The position numbers and the translations under genes are program-made. Positions 1 to 9,958 of a stretch of 64,000 nucleotides of DNA are shown in pieces. Location of the stretch: positions 430 to 64,429 of the IMG/VR virus record IMGVR_UViG_3300038316_000118. One strand, 5' to 3'. Origin of the DNA: a virus. The notes under the pieces are model-generated. The model did not search any database. It worked only from the letters and a program-made list of their open reading frames with translations, and was not told the origin of the DNA. Within the stretch, counting starts at the first letter, position 1, and the number at the start of each line of letters is the position of its first letter.

Positions 1-1947
1 TTTGATATCCCGGTGAATCTTTGCAGGGACCATCAGGATGTCAAACATGGAATCAATATAACAAACTATGAGCGCCTGGACAAATTTAACCCCAGATATT
101 TTGGCGGGGTGGTCCTGGATGAAAGCAGTATTTTAAAATCCTACATGGGCAAGGCCAAACGAGCCATACTCAATACCTTCAGGGGCATGCCCTACAAACT
201 GGCTTGTACGGCCACACCTTCACCCAACGATAACACCGAGCTATTAAATCATGCTGAATTTTTGGACGTAATGACATCTGGAGAAGCTCTTACTCTCTGG
301 TTTATAAACGATACCCAGAAGGCTCAGAACATGCGGCTCAAACACCATGCAGTAAACGACTTCTGGCAGTGGGTGTCCAGTTGGGCGATATCATTTTCAA
401 AGCCGTCAGATCTGGGATATCCGGACGATGACTTTATTCTTCCACCATTAAACCTACACGAGGTAATTATCCCAGTTGACCAACGAGATCTGACCGGAGA
501 AAAACTATTTCGGGATATAGAAATGAATGCTACAGCATTCCACCATGAAAAGAGATTGACCACAAATGCCCGTGCACAGGCAACGGCAGAAATGGCCAGA
601 GCTTACAATGACCAGGTTCTGATATGGTGTGATACCAATTATGAGGCCGACGAGCTGCGTCGGCTGATTCCGGAAGCGGTGGAAGTGCGGGGCAGCGACT
701 CCATAGATCATAAAGAGCAGGCGGCCCTGGACTTTGTAGACGGCAAGTTCAGGGTACTGATATCAAAACCCTCTATATTTGGCTACGGCCTGAACTTCCA
801 GCATTGCCACCGGTCCATATTCTGCGGGATGAACTATAGCTTTGAGATGTTCTACCAGGCAGTCAGGCGCTTATGGAGATTCGGCCAGGCCTATCCGGTG
901 GATGTCCACCTGGTACTGGGCGAGACTGAAAAACATATCCTGGAGACTGTGAAAACGAAGCAGGCGCTCTATAAAGAAATGAAATTAAATATGGTTACGG
1001 CCATGATAGCCAACCACCACAAAAGCAGGCAGGGGGTGAAGTACAGGATGGATTATACACGGAAAGAGGAAAAGGGTAAGAGCTGGACTGCGGTTTGCGG
1101 TGACTGTGTGGAAGAGATCAGAAAGGTACCCGACAACAGCGTCCACTTCCCGATATTCTCCCCGCCGTTCAGCAACCTGTATATCTACAGCGATTCATAC
1201 CGGGATATGGGCAATGTAAAGAATCATAAAGAATTCTTCCGGAACTTTGAATACCTGGTACCGGAATTATATAGAATCACGGTTCCCGGGAGATTATGCG
1301 CCGTACACTGCAAGAATCTGCAGCGGTTCAAGAGCCGGGATGGTGCGGCCGGCATATACGACTTCCGGGGTGATGTGATTCGCTCCATGGAGAAATTTGG
1401 CTGGCAGTACCACAGTGAAGTGTGCATCTGGACTGACCCGGTCCGGGAAATGCAGAGAACCAAAACCCATGGCCTGCTGTATAAGCAGCTGCGCAAAGAT
1501 GCCAGCTATAGCCGCCAGGGCATGGCTGAATACCTGGTGGTGTTCCGGAAGTGGCCGGACGATTACCAGGACCCGGAGCCGGTCACCCATACGAAAGATG
1601 ACTTTCCCCTGGAACTGTGGCAGCGGTACGCGTCCCCGGTCTGGTTCGATATCCAGAGGACCGATGTACTCAACGCGGCCATTGCCCGGGAAGATGAAGA
1701 TGAAAAGCACCTGGCGCCGCTGCAGCTGGGAGTAATCGAACGGGCCATAGAACTATGGACCAACCCCGGCGATATCGTATTCAGCCCATATATGGGAGTA
1801 GGCAGCGAAGTTTACCAGGCCGTGAAGATGGGGCGTCGGGGATATGGTATTGAGCTGAAGGATCAATATTGGACCTGGGCTGTCCGGTACCTGCGGCAGT
1901 TGGATGCTGAGATGAACCAGATCAGCCTCTTTGATGAGGTCAGTTAG
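1..1947 (+). CDS. SNF2-like helicase C-terminal part fused to an N4/N6 DNA methyltransferase (5' partial)
   Basis: Frame is open from base 1. Helicase motifs VLDESS, TATP and GYGLNFQ...QAVRRLWRFGQ; MTase motif IV FSPPF and motif I FSPYMGVGSE. Confidence 0.85.
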   Translation, partial: FDIPVNLCRDHQDVKHGINITNYERLDKFNPRYFGGVVLDESSILKSYMGKAKRAILNTFRGMPYKLACTATPSPNDNTELLNHAEFLDVMTSGEALTLWFINDTQKAQNMRLKHHAVNDFWQWVSSWAISFSKPSDLGYPDDDFILPPLNLHEVIIPVDQRDLTGEKLFRDIEMNATAFHHEKRLTTNARAQATAEMARAYNDQVLIWCDTNYEADELRRLIPEAVEVRGSDSIDHKEQAALDFVDGKFRVLISKPSIFGYGLNFQHCHRSIFCGMNYSFEMFYQAVRRLWRFGQAYPVDVHLVLGETEKHILETVKTKQALYKEMKLNMVTAMIANHHKSRQGVKYRMDYTRKEEKGKSWTAVCGDCVEEIRKVPDNSVHFPIFSPPFSNLYIYSDSYRDMGNVKNHKEFFRNFEYLVPELYRITVPGRLCAVHCKNLQRFKSRDGAAGIYDFRGDVIRSMEKFGWQYHSEVCIWTDPVREMQRTKTHGLLYKQLRKDASYSRQGMAEYLVVFRKWPDDYQDPEPVTHTKDDFPLELWQRYASPVWFDIQRTDVLNAAIAREDEDEKHLAPLQLGVIERAIELWTNPGDIVFSPYMGVGSEVYQAVKMGRRGYGIELKDQYWTWAVRYLRQLDAEMNQISLFDEVS

Positions 1948-1959
1948 GAGGGGAGGAGC

Positions 1960-3018
1960 GTGAGTACAGTTACCGTTGAATATACCCCGCCTGAGCAGAT
2001 ACAGCGGTTCCGTGAAATGCAGGCTCTCCCATATCGGCTTAAGATTCCATATGCGATCGGGAAGGCACAGGAATTCTATGATACCTTGGACGGCAAAGTT
2101 TTCTGCAGCGTCGGGGGACTGGATAGTATCACGCTATTGAGGTTTCTCCGCAAATACGTTGATCCAGACATTCCTGGAATGACAATATCCAGTCTGGAGG
2201 ATAAATCTATTCAAAAAATACACCACCAGCTGGGTAATATGGTTTTTCTCAAGCCTTATAAGAGCAAGGTCCAAGTAATCCGTGAGCATGGATATCCGGT
2301 AATTTCAAAAGAAAAGGCCGGGAAGATTCAGCTGCTCCAGAACCCTACGGAGAAAAATGCAACGGTACGCCATGCCATCATGACTGGGGAGACAGGTGCT
2401 TATGGTGGGTACCGGAAGGGCACACGGATGAAACTGCCTCAAAAATGGTTAAACCTTTTTGGCGGCCCGGAAAATGCAAACTACGGGACCGACTATCAGA
2501 CAGCGCCATTCAAGGTTAGCCCTGACTGTTGCTATTACATGAAAGAAAAGCCGGCAGACGATTGGGCGAAAAAGAACAGGCTGCATCCGTATATGGGGCT
2601 TATGGCCAGCGAAGGAGGGCAGCGGGAAAAAGCGTTAATTAAAAATGGCTGTAATTACTATGGCAAAACGGTCACCCGGAGTTGCCCATTCGCAATCTTC
2701 AAGAGGCAGGATTTACTTCAGCTAGCGCTTGATATGGAGGTACCGGTGCCGGAGATCTACGGAGAGATAGCACGAGGCCCGGACGGTACCCTTCGGACAA
2801 CCATGGCACAAAGGACCGGCTGCACTATGTGCGGCTTCGGAATACACATCGAGAAACGCCCCCATCGTTTCGACCGTCTCAGGATAACCAATTACAAGGA
2901 GTGGAAATTCTGGATGTACGACATGGGCTGGGGCAAGGTTCTGGATTACATCGGGGTCAAATGGGAAGACGAGTATGTTCCCCCGCCCAAACAGGGCGAA
3001 TTACCGTTTGTTATTTAA
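1960..3018 (+). CDS. Phage PAPS-reductase-family (PP-loop) protein
   Basis: SVGGLDS PP-loop, CCYYMKEKP, RTGCTMCGFG. Confidence 0.8.
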   Translation: MSTVTVEYTPPEQIQRFREMQALPYRLKIPYAIGKAQEFYDTLDGKVFCSVGGLDSITLLRFLRKYVDPDIPGMTISSLEDKSIQKIHHQLGNMVFLKPYKSKVQVIREHGYPVISKEKAGKIQLLQNPTEKNATVRHAIMTGETGAYGGYRKGTRMKLPQKWLNLFGGPENANYGTDYQTAPFKVSPDCCYYMKEKPADDWAKKNRLHPYMGLMASEGGQREKALIKNGCNYYGKTVTRSCPFAIFKRQDLLQLALDMEVPVPEIYGEIARGPDGTLRTTMAQRTGCTMCGFGIHIEKRPHRFDRLRITNYKEWKFWMYDMGWGKVLDYIGVKWEDEYVPPPKQGELPFVI

Positions 3019-3032
3019 GGGGAGGCGATATA

Positions 3033-3485
3033 ATGGCAACCATAGCGGAGCTACTACGGGCCCGGAACCATATAGCCGTCTGGGAGCAGGAGCACGGCCG
3101 GGAAGCCACCACGGATGACTTAATGGTCATCCTGTATAACCAGAATGCAGAGGAGGCCCGGGAGAAACGGGAGTCCAAAAAGCGAAAGAGGAATAAGCCC
3201 CTCATTAAGCGCAAGGATTACCTAACCAAGCGGGACCGGGAATTCATCATCGTAATGGCCGCCTGCACCCAGGGGCTTCAAAACATCATAGACGAATGGC
3301 AGGAACATGACCAGAATCCGTTCCTGCTTCGTTGTTTAAGGACTGCAAATACCTGGATATATAAGGCCATGGAGTGGATGACCAAAGACCTGCTGGGGCG
3401 GGAGAAGATGAGCCTGCTCCGGCAGGCTGCTTATAACGAGGTTGGAATTATTGAGTACGAAGTGAGAAGAAGGGGGAAGGCATAG
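3033..3485 (+). CDS. Hypothetical protein
   Basis: GGGGAGG RBS, ATG at 3033, tightly packed in the operon. Confidence 0.65.
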   Translation: MATIAELLRARNHIAVWEQEHGREATTDDLMVILYNQNAEEAREKRESKKRKRNKPLIKRKDYLTKRDREFIIVMAACTQGLQNIIDEWQEHDQNPFLLRCLRTANTWIYKAMEWMTKDLLGREKMSLLRQAAYNEVGIIEYEVRRRGKA

Positions 3486-3486
3486 C

Positions 3487-4236
3487 ATGCTAAAAATGCT
3501 TGACCTCTTCTCCGGTATCGGCGGCTTCTCACTCGCCGCATCCTGGACAGGTGCGATAGAAACGGTGGCCTTTTGTGAGATAGAGCCATACTGCCAAAAG
3601 GTATTACAGAAGAACTTCCCAGGAATACTGATACACTCGGACATTACCAAGCTAAGGGGGGAGGACGTTGGAGCAGTTGACATTGTTTGCGGAGGATTCC
3701 CTTGCCAGCCTTTCAGCAATGCCGGGAAGCGAAGAGGCAAAGAGGATGACCGTTATCTCTGGCCGGAATTACTTAGGGTTATTGCCGAAACACACCCACT
3801 TTGGGTTATTGGTGAAAATGTTACTAGTCTGCTCAATCTGGGAATCGAGGAGATGTTACTTGACTTGGAAGATATCGGGTATCGGGGGGGGGTATTCCAA
3901 ATACCAGCTTCAGCAATCGGTGCCACGTTTGCCGGGGATAGAATTTATATCGTTGCCACGTCCCATAGCAAGCAATGCTATTGCTTGGGTGAGAACATCA
4001 AAATCAAACCCACGGCACAGTATCAAAAAATGCTTAGAGCGTGGAAGTCAGAATCAGGTAGTTTACCTTTGGATTTGGAAGGGTTTTTCGCCGATACAGG
4101 CCAGCGAATTGAACGAAACGATGATGGGCTTTCCGAGGGGTTGGACAGACTTAAGTGCATAGGAAATGCCGTAGTGCCGCAGGTGGTTTACCCGATATTG
4201 CAGGGGATTGTGGAGATAGAACGGAGGGATGCGTGA
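3487..4236 (+). CDS. C5-cytosine DNA methyltransferase, large (alpha) polypeptide
   Basis: Motif I DLFSGIGG, IV GGFPCQPFS, VI ENV, X GNAVVP; no motif IX in this frame. Confidence 0.9.
   Translation: MLKMLDLFSGIGGFSLAASWTGAIETVAFCEIEPYCQKVLQKNFPGILIHSDITKLRGEDVGAVDIVCGGFPCQPFSNAGKRRGKEDDRYLWPELLRVIAETHPLWVIGENVTSLLNLGIEEMLLDLEDIGYRGGVFQIPASAIGATFAGDRIYIVATSHSKQCYCLGENIKIKPTAQYQKMLRAWKSESGSLPLDLEGFFADTGQRIERNDDGLSEGLDRLKCIGNAVVPQVVYPILQGIVEIERRDA
3668..4162 (+). CDS. Nested out-of-frame ORF, probable methyltransferase beta subunit carrying motif IX
   Basis: TTG start behind a GGGGGGAGG SD; ends ETMMGFPRGWTDL, which resembles motif IX. Confidence 0.65.
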   Translation: MEQLTLFAEDSLASLSAMPGSEEAKRMTVISGRNYLGLLPKHTHFGLLVKMLLVCSIWESRRCYLTWKISGIGGGYSKYQLQQSVPRLPGIEFISLPRPIASNAIAWVRTSKSNPRHSIKKCLERGSQNQVVYLWIWKGFSPIQASELNETMMGFPRGWTDLSA

Positions 4237-4421
4237 TGGACGAGAAAAGGCGCTGCGGCACCTGCAAGTACTGGGTGCCTGAAACAAAAGGCATGGTGGC
4301 CCGGGCGAAAGCGAAGCAACCGTGGCCGCACTGCGGTATAAACGGGAAAACGAAGCTGGGGGACGACAAGCCCTGTCTGGCGTGGACCAGGAGGAAGGAG
4401 GAGAGTATTAAAGATGGCTAA
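4236..4421 (+). CDS. Small Cys-rich hypothetical protein
   Basis: TGATG stop/start overlap; CxxC. Confidence 0.55.
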   Translation: MDEKRRCGTCKYWVPETKGMVARAKAKQPWPHCGINGKTKLGDDKPCLAWTRRKEESIKDG

Positions 4422-4785
4422 GAAGCAAACACCGGAACAGCAGATTAAAGAAAACTGTGAAAAAGCTGTTGGTACGATAGCCCGGTGGAAATCCATCAGG
4501 GTAAATGGATGCAATGACCCCGGTTGGCCAAATGGGGTAAATATGAACCTGTTGCGGAATCATCTTATGTCGTACAAAAAGCAGATCAGGGAACTTTGTA
4601 TAGCCAATGATCTGCTTTTACCCCCAGAAGTATATACTCCTGATTTGCCTTACACTGACTGCAATTATTTTGCAAAGCCTGAAAGCGATAGAGCAAAACG
4701 GATTATGAACCGCCCGGGCTGGCAGTGTTACAACCACGAACCAATAGGCGGCGAATACGACGAAAGACAGTTATCGCTGTTTTAA
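4414..4785 (+). CDS. Hypothetical protein
   Basis: RBS and overlap coupling. Confidence 0.65.
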   Translation: MAKKQTPEQQIKENCEKAVGTIARWKSIRVNGCNDPGWPNGVNMNLLRNHLMSYKKQIRELCIANDLLLPPEVYTPDLPYTDCNYFAKPESDRAKRIMNRPGWQCYNHEPIGGEYDERQLSLF

Positions 4786-4796
4786 GGAGGGCATAG

Positions 4797-5054
4797 ATGA
4801 TGAAAATACGCGAAGAGGTCCGCTGGTTTGCGGAAGAAATGGAGAAACAGCTCAGAGCAAATGAGCATAAGGGCGGTTGGCAGGACTGTAACCCTGAGTT
4901 TCTTCTGGAAGAGCTTCATAAAAACTACACCGAGCTATATTTGCTTTTCCCAAAAGATACTGCGGATATTTGCCGCCGGGCAGCCAATATAGCTAACTTT
5001 GCCATGATGATAGCGGATAAGTATAAGGCGGTTAAGGAGGATGATAGTAAATGA
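4797..5054 (+). CDS. Hypothetical protein
   Basis: AGGAGG RBS; conserved-looking EAADVANFAMMIAD-type helix. Confidence 0.6.
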   Translation: MMKIREEVRWFAEEMEKQLRANEHKGGWQDCNPEFLLEELHKNYTELYLLFPKDTADICRRAANIANFAMMIADKYKAVKEDDSK

Positions 5055-5269
5055 CAGTTAGGCATATGTGCGCCGATATTCGCGGCATGTTAGAAAATAA
5101 CACTCGGAAAGGCTCGCTAAAAGGGGTGTTTGAAGATGAAACAGGGCGTAGATTGTCGCATGAAGAGGCAAGAGACTATCTATATGACTGTTTGGCAAAA
5201 GGGTGGAAGGTAGTACCTATAGGAGATTGTGATAACTTCGATTACCAAACAGGTTGTAAAGGCCATTAG
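5051..5269 (+). CDS. Hypothetical protein
   Basis: ATGA-type coupling; GWKVVPIGDCDNFDYQTGCKGH C-terminus. Confidence 0.6.
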   Translation: MTVRHMCADIRGMLENNTRKGSLKGVFEDETGRRLSHEEARDYLYDCLAKGWKVVPIGDCDNFDYQTGCKGH

Positions 5270-5574
5270 TGCGCAGTTTGATATAACTGCGACAGAATGG
5301 AGGGCCCGGATGAAAGCTAAATGCCGTTTATATGGAGAACACTATTGCCGTTGTGCAACTTGCCGATGGCGTGGGAGTGATAATTGCCTCCATGACCGGA
5401 AAATGCCATGCAGTTGGTGCAGTCCCAAGGGGCATATGAAACATAGCGATATTGTAGGCCAATGTCGAGGACACGTTCGGAGGCTTGTGGGCGCTGAGTG
5501 ACACGTTCCAAGGAAATCCCGCCAGCTAAGGCGGGGAGTGATTAGAAAGCGACATAGAAGGGGGATTAAATCAC

Positions 5575-5910
5575 ATGGAGCTGTTTGGTAGAAAATTGAC
5601 AAGCGAACACTTAAAGGGATTTGTGGAAGTTCACACTAAAGATGGTCAGACAACAATGCCTAAAGAGTGGGCATTGGAAATAATTAAAGCCTACGAAGAA
5701 AAGCAGGAGCGTGACGCAACAGAACAATGGCTTAATGATATAAATAATCCTTTAGAACCGATAAAAGTTAGGTCTGCTTTGGAATCAGAACTCATTAAAC
5801 TAAATTATCGCAAAGAACATAACCCCAAAAGCATCAGTGAATTAGATATTACTATTATTGCTGTATTGGCAAAAGAATTAGGCTGTTATAAAGCGGAGGC
5901 GATGGAATGA
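5575..5910 (+). CDS. Hypothetical protein
   Basis: RBS, ORF. Confidence 0.6.
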   Translation: MELFGRKLTSEHLKGFVEVHTKDGQTTMPKEWALEIIKAYEEKQERDATEQWLNDINNPLEPIKVRSALESELIKLNYRKEHNPKSISELDITIIAVLAKELGCYKAEAME

Positions 5911-6137
5911 TTAATTATGATAAATTGCCGTCCAGGGGCAAAGAAACCTCTGATGGAGAGAAAACAAAAAATCATGGAATATCTTGCGGTGGCAGATGTT
6001 ACGTGTTTTACGATGAAAACAGATGGTATCGCGTGGAGTGTGAAAAATGCGGGACGCTCGTCAAGTACAGAACCAATAGCTTAGATTTAGCAATCAAAAT
6101 ATGGAATGATATGCCCGACATAGTGGGGATGGGATAG
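5907..6137 (+). CDS. Small zinc-ribbon protein, Lar (restriction alleviation)-like
   Basis: CGGRC...VECEKCG...AIKIWN. Confidence 0.5.
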   Translation: MINYDKLPSRGKETSDGEKTKNHGISCGGRCYVFYDENRWYRVECEKCGTLVKYRTNSLDLAIKIWNDMPDIVGMG

Positions 6138-6180
6138 TTGCACGTTCCAAAGATTATACGACACAGAGGGGGGAGAAAGT

Positions 6181-6960
6181 TTGAACTCAGGGGCTTTTCT
6201 GGTAGCTAGGGATATATTTGAAAACCCTATATGGATCAATCCTACTGAATTTAGGATGTTTATTTTAATACTTGGGAAAGCCGCCTTTGCTGAAGAAGGG
6301 GTTAATGTTGGCAATATGCATATAAAAAAAGGCCAGTGGATTAGATCATATCGAAACCTACAGAGCGATTTAGAATATGTCGAAAATAATGCGGTTAAAC
6401 GTCCTGGACTTGCCACCATAGAGAGGACTGTTAAAAAACTGGTTAAGGATGGCCGTATCCTGGCTGAACCTTGTGAGCTCGGAACACTGTTTACAGTTGT
6501 TAACTACACTAAATACCAGGCTCTTGAGGGTTACAAGAAAGGTACTAGGAACACCGCGAGAAACAGCAGCGGAACAACAGCGGAACAGCAGCGGAACAAT
6601 AATAATAATGCTAATAATGCAGAAGAAGATATAAATATAAACAATAACCCCCCTATATCCCCCCAAGAGAAAATCAAGCACCTTGATTATGTCTATCTCA
6701 CCCCGGATGAGCATGAACGATTAGTCACCGAATTTGGGCATGAAGATACACAGTGGATGATTGAGCAGCTTGATATTTACATTGGGCAGAACCCTAAGAA
6801 AAATAATCGCTACACGGACCATAACCGCGCGCTCAGGGGATGGGTCAAAGAAAAACTGATACAGAAAAAAGAGGGTAAAGTTTCTCAGTTTAAGCCCAGA
6901 AACAGGAAGAGACAATCACAGCGAGAGGAGGAGACTGATTTTGGATTCCACAAGATTTAA
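6181..6960 (+). CDS. Phage replication initiator (replisome organiser)
   Basis: N-terminal winged-helix-like region, N-rich linker, C-terminal VYLTPDEHERL...YTDHNRAL; directly precedes the DnaC-like gene. Confidence 0.75.
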   Translation: MNSGAFLVARDIFENPIWINPTEFRMFILILGKAAFAEEGVNVGNMHIKKGQWIRSYRNLQSDLEYVENNAVKRPGLATIERTVKKLVKDGRILAEPCELGTLFTVVNYTKYQALEGYKKGTRNTARNSSGTTAEQQRNNNNNANNAEEDININNNPPISPQEKIKHLDYVYLTPDEHERLVTEFGHEDTQWMIEQLDIYIGQNPKKNNRYTDHNRALRGWVKEKLIQKKEGKVSQFKPRNRKRQSQREEETDFGFHKI

Positions 6961-7591
6961 TACCTGCTGGCAGTATTTCAATCCACCGCGCAGACTACAG
7001 GGCGCAACCTTTAATAGCTATATACCCAAATGCGGCTCTCAGCAGGCGGCTTTAGAAACCTGCCGGACATATTCCACAGATGACATCAAAACAGGCCGGG
7101 GATTGCTGCTTATAGGTACCTACGGTACAGGTAAAACCCATCTAACGATAGCGACGGTGCGGGCGTTGATGGAAACTGCACCTGATTTATTTGGGGTGCG
7201 GAATGATTCACAAACGCTCTACGACCCTACCAGAGAGGACTACCGGGGCTTATATTGCTCGTTCTTTCCGGTAATGGAACTCTTGGACGCATGGCGGCCG
7301 GGAAGCGAAGCAAAGAAGCAACGAGGAGAGTGGCTATTTCACCGGGCCAAGACTGATGATCTGGTTGTCCTGGATGATATAGGGGCCGAAAAGGCAACTG
7401 AATGGACGGAAGATAGGCTTTATGCCGTAGTAGATGCCAGATATCGCATGGAGAGGGCAACGATATTCACCACCAACAGCAGCGAAAAGGACTTACTAAG
7501 CAACGGCTACGGCAAAATCGTTTCCCGTATGTTTGAAATGACGGATCCGGTACCCGTCACTGGCCCCGACCACCGGAGAAAACGCGCATGA
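6941..7591 (+). CDS. DnaC/IstB-like helicase loader ATPase
   Basis: Walker A GTYGTGKT, Walker B LVVLDDIG, TIFTTN, SRMFEM. Confidence 0.85.
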   Translation: MDSTRFNTCWQYFNPPRRLQGATFNSYIPKCGSQQAALETCRTYSTDDIKTGRGLLLIGTYGTGKTHLTIATVRALMETAPDLFGVRNDSQTLYDPTREDYRGLYCSFFPVMELLDAWRPGSEAKKQRGEWLFHRAKTDDLVVLDDIGAEKATEWTEDRLYAVVDARYRMERATIFTTNSSEKDLLSNGYGKIVSRMFEMTDPVPVTGPDHRRKRA

Positions 7592-7775
7592 GCAAACTAG
7601 ATAACTTCGTCCCCTTCCTGACGGTAACCAGGGACGGGGAGATCACGGGCGATTACTGGACTTATATATCTAACTTCGAGCTCCGCAAACAGGCGGAATG
7701 GGCGGAGTACCCAGAGAAGGAGCGGCTGGTAGGGGAATTAAAAGCGGGAGGAAAACGCAAAGCGAGGGCAATGTA

Positions 7776-8450
7776 ATGCAGTTAGATGCTATTAAACCGG
7801 GGATGGAAATCGAATATTATCACCTTGTAAGTATGCACAAAAATAAAGGCTCAAGGCATAAGGTCCGCATCGGCACAGTCAAGCAAGTAACCCCGCGCAT
7901 GATAGCGGTCCAGGGGAAGAAGTACCCCGACACAATTCTGGTTAACGATCTGCTCTCAGGGCAGGCGGCTATAGTGAAAATCAAACAGGAGGGAGAGGTA
8001 ATTATGAGTAAACCAAAGCGTGAAGCACCGACGAGGGAAGAGTTGAGGGTTCTGTGGATTAAAAACAAAGCCAAGATAGAGCCCATCCGCAAGGAGCTAG
8101 GTGTTACCTGGGCAGACGCGAAGAAGCTTCTGGTGGAGGCAGGCATAATAGACAGCCTAAGCAGGCCGATACAAGAAGAGCAGACCCCGACCCCCGCACC
8201 GGAGACGGTTGGCAGCCAGGAACCGGTAAACGAGGGCAGCACGGAGTCTGCTATTGAAAGTATACCCGAAAACATACCCGAGGTAATAACAAACCCTGTC
8301 ACACAACCGAAGTGTTCACCACAATACCTTGCGGTTTTAATCGCCATGACGGAGATTACCGCCGGCGCTCGTTCGGATGTGCAGAGAGTTTTGGAAAATC
8401 CGGTGGCCCTGGCTCTTATAAAAGAGCTCATAGAGCAGGAGGCGGTATAG
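7776..8450 (+). CDS. Hypothetical protein
   Basis: TAATG overlap with the 7588-7776 ORF. Confidence 0.6.
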   Translation: MQLDAIKPGMEIEYYHLVSMHKNKGSRHKVRIGTVKQVTPRMIAVQGKKYPDTILVNDLLSGQAAIVKIKQEGEVIMSKPKREAPTREELRVLWIKNKAKIEPIRKELGVTWADAKKLLVEAGIIDSLSRPIQEEQTPTPAPETVGSQEPVNEGSTESAIESIPENIPEVITNPVTQPKCSPQYLAVLIAMTEITAGARSDVQRVLENPVALALIKELIEQEAV

Positions 8451-8452
8451 GC

Positions 8453-8917
8453 ATGAATACCGATCTGATGTTTAGCAGCAAGAAAGACGACTGGGAAACG
8501 CCACAATCCCTATTTGATGAGCTTAATAAGGAATTTGGCTTTAGTATTGACGTTTGCGCCAGCAACCAAAATGCAAAAGTTAACCGGTTCTGGAATTGGG
8601 ACATGGATTCACTGAAAATACCATGGATAGAGTGGGCAACCAGCAACAATATGCCGCCCGTGTTCTGGATGAATCCGCCCTACGGGCGCGAAATAGGTAA
8701 ATGGATTAAAAAGGCATACGAAGAAAGCCTAAAAGGGGCTACAGTAGTATGTTTATTACCGGCCCGGACAGATACTCGCTGGTGGCACGACTACTGTATG
8801 AAAGGCGAGATCCGTTTTATTCGGGGAAGATTGAAATTCAGTGGATGCAAGCACAGCGCACCATTTCCGAGTGCAATAGTGATATTTGAGGGAGGGCGAG
8901 CTAATGCGCATAGATGA
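8453..8917 (+). CDS. Phage N6-adenine DNA methyltransferase
   Basis: DDWETP, DVCAS, MNPPY, LLPARTDTRWW, GRLKF. Confidence 0.9.
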   Translation: MNTDLMFSSKKDDWETPQSLFDELNKEFGFSIDVCASNQNAKVNRFWNWDMDSLKIPWIEWATSNNMPPVFWMNPPYGREIGKWIKKAYEESLKGATVVCLLPARTDTRWWHDYCMKGEIRFIRGRLKFSGCKHSAPFPSAIVIFEGGRANAHR

Positions 8918-8986
8918 GCTGCCGGCAGGCACAACACCGGAACAAAGATGCCGCGCCGCACTCCTTGCGAAAGGGGTGGCTGAGAT

Positions 8987-9364
8987 ATGACCACCATGAC
9001 AATTCCCGGCGTACTCCCGGGAATGAATGAAATCGTAGAAGCGGCCAGAGGCGATAAATACGCTTCCAGTAAGCAAAAGAAGGAGTACACCGATATAGTA
9101 GCCTGGACCGCTAAGGCTGCCAGAATACCGCATATGGAGCGCATAGACATAACTTTTCGTTGGTACGAACCCAACAAAAGGCGAGACAAAGATAATATCA
9201 TGGCTGGAGCTAAGTTTATCTTAGATGGATTGGTAAAGGCCGGAATAATCAAGAATGACGGCTGGGCGCAGATAGGGGACATTTCCCATCTTTTTGATGT
9301 TGACCGGCATAATCCCCGGGTGGAAGTGGAGATTACAGGGACGGAGGAGGCGAGGGACTCATGA
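8987..9364 (+). CDS. RusA-like endodeoxyribonuclease
   Basis: RRDKDNI...KFILDGL...NDG; PRVEVEI. Confidence 0.7.
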   Translation: MTTMTIPGVLPGMNEIVEAARGDKYASSKQKKEYTDIVAWTAKAARIPHMERIDITFRWYEPNKRRDKDNIMAGAKFILDGLVKAGIIKNDGWAQIGDISHLFDVDRHNPRVEVEITGTEEARDS

Positions 9365-9810
9365 GGACGGAAGAACTGGTTTTTAAGCTACAGAATGAAG
9401 TTGCTGCCCTTCGGGAAGAAACCGACCTGCAGCGGCAGAGTATTATACAAAACCTTTCCTGCCAAGTAGCTATGTATCGCGAAGCCCTGGAAGAAATTAC
9501 GGAGGAATTAGAAAACTGCTATGGCCGAGATACAGAATTAACCATAAAGGCGAGAGGAATCATTAATTGTCCAGACTCTAGGCAGGTGGTAGATGCAGCC
9601 CAAAAGAGACAGGCGGCAATCCAAAATAGTTACGATGCCACGCACCACAACGAAAGAGCTATGTGCGCCGATGAAATAGCGGTGGCGGAAAAGGAGCTGA
9701 TTAAGGCAGCCCGAGACTTGGTTGATTACGAAACGCGGACATACGGCAGAAGTAAATACGTCCGCAAGTTGAAACGGGCCCTTGATGCGCTGGAAGAGGT
9801 GAAGTTATGA
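9361..9810 (+). CDS. Hypothetical coiled-coil protein
   Basis: Coupled ORF. Confidence 0.55.
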   Translation: MRTEELVFKLQNEVAALREETDLQRQSIIQNLSCQVAMYREALEEITEELENCYGRDTELTIKARGIINCPDSRQVVDAAQKRQAAIQNSYDATHHNERAMCADEIAVAEKELIKAARDLVDYETRTYGRSKYVRKLKRALDALEEVKL

Positions 9811-9958
9811 AATTAACCTGGAATCTCTACTGGCGAGTAATAGCGGCGCTTAGCTTTGCTACGGTGTTTGCGGTGATAGATTTATACCTCGTGAATCTGA
9901 GCAGCTACGTAGCTGGCGGGCTGCTGGCCTGGGTGATTTTGGAGGGGAGGAATAAGAA

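Noticed and set aside
5501-6150. 10-bp repeat cacgttccaa at two gene boundaries
   Set aside because: Too short, with two copies only; could be chance or an ordinary module junction.
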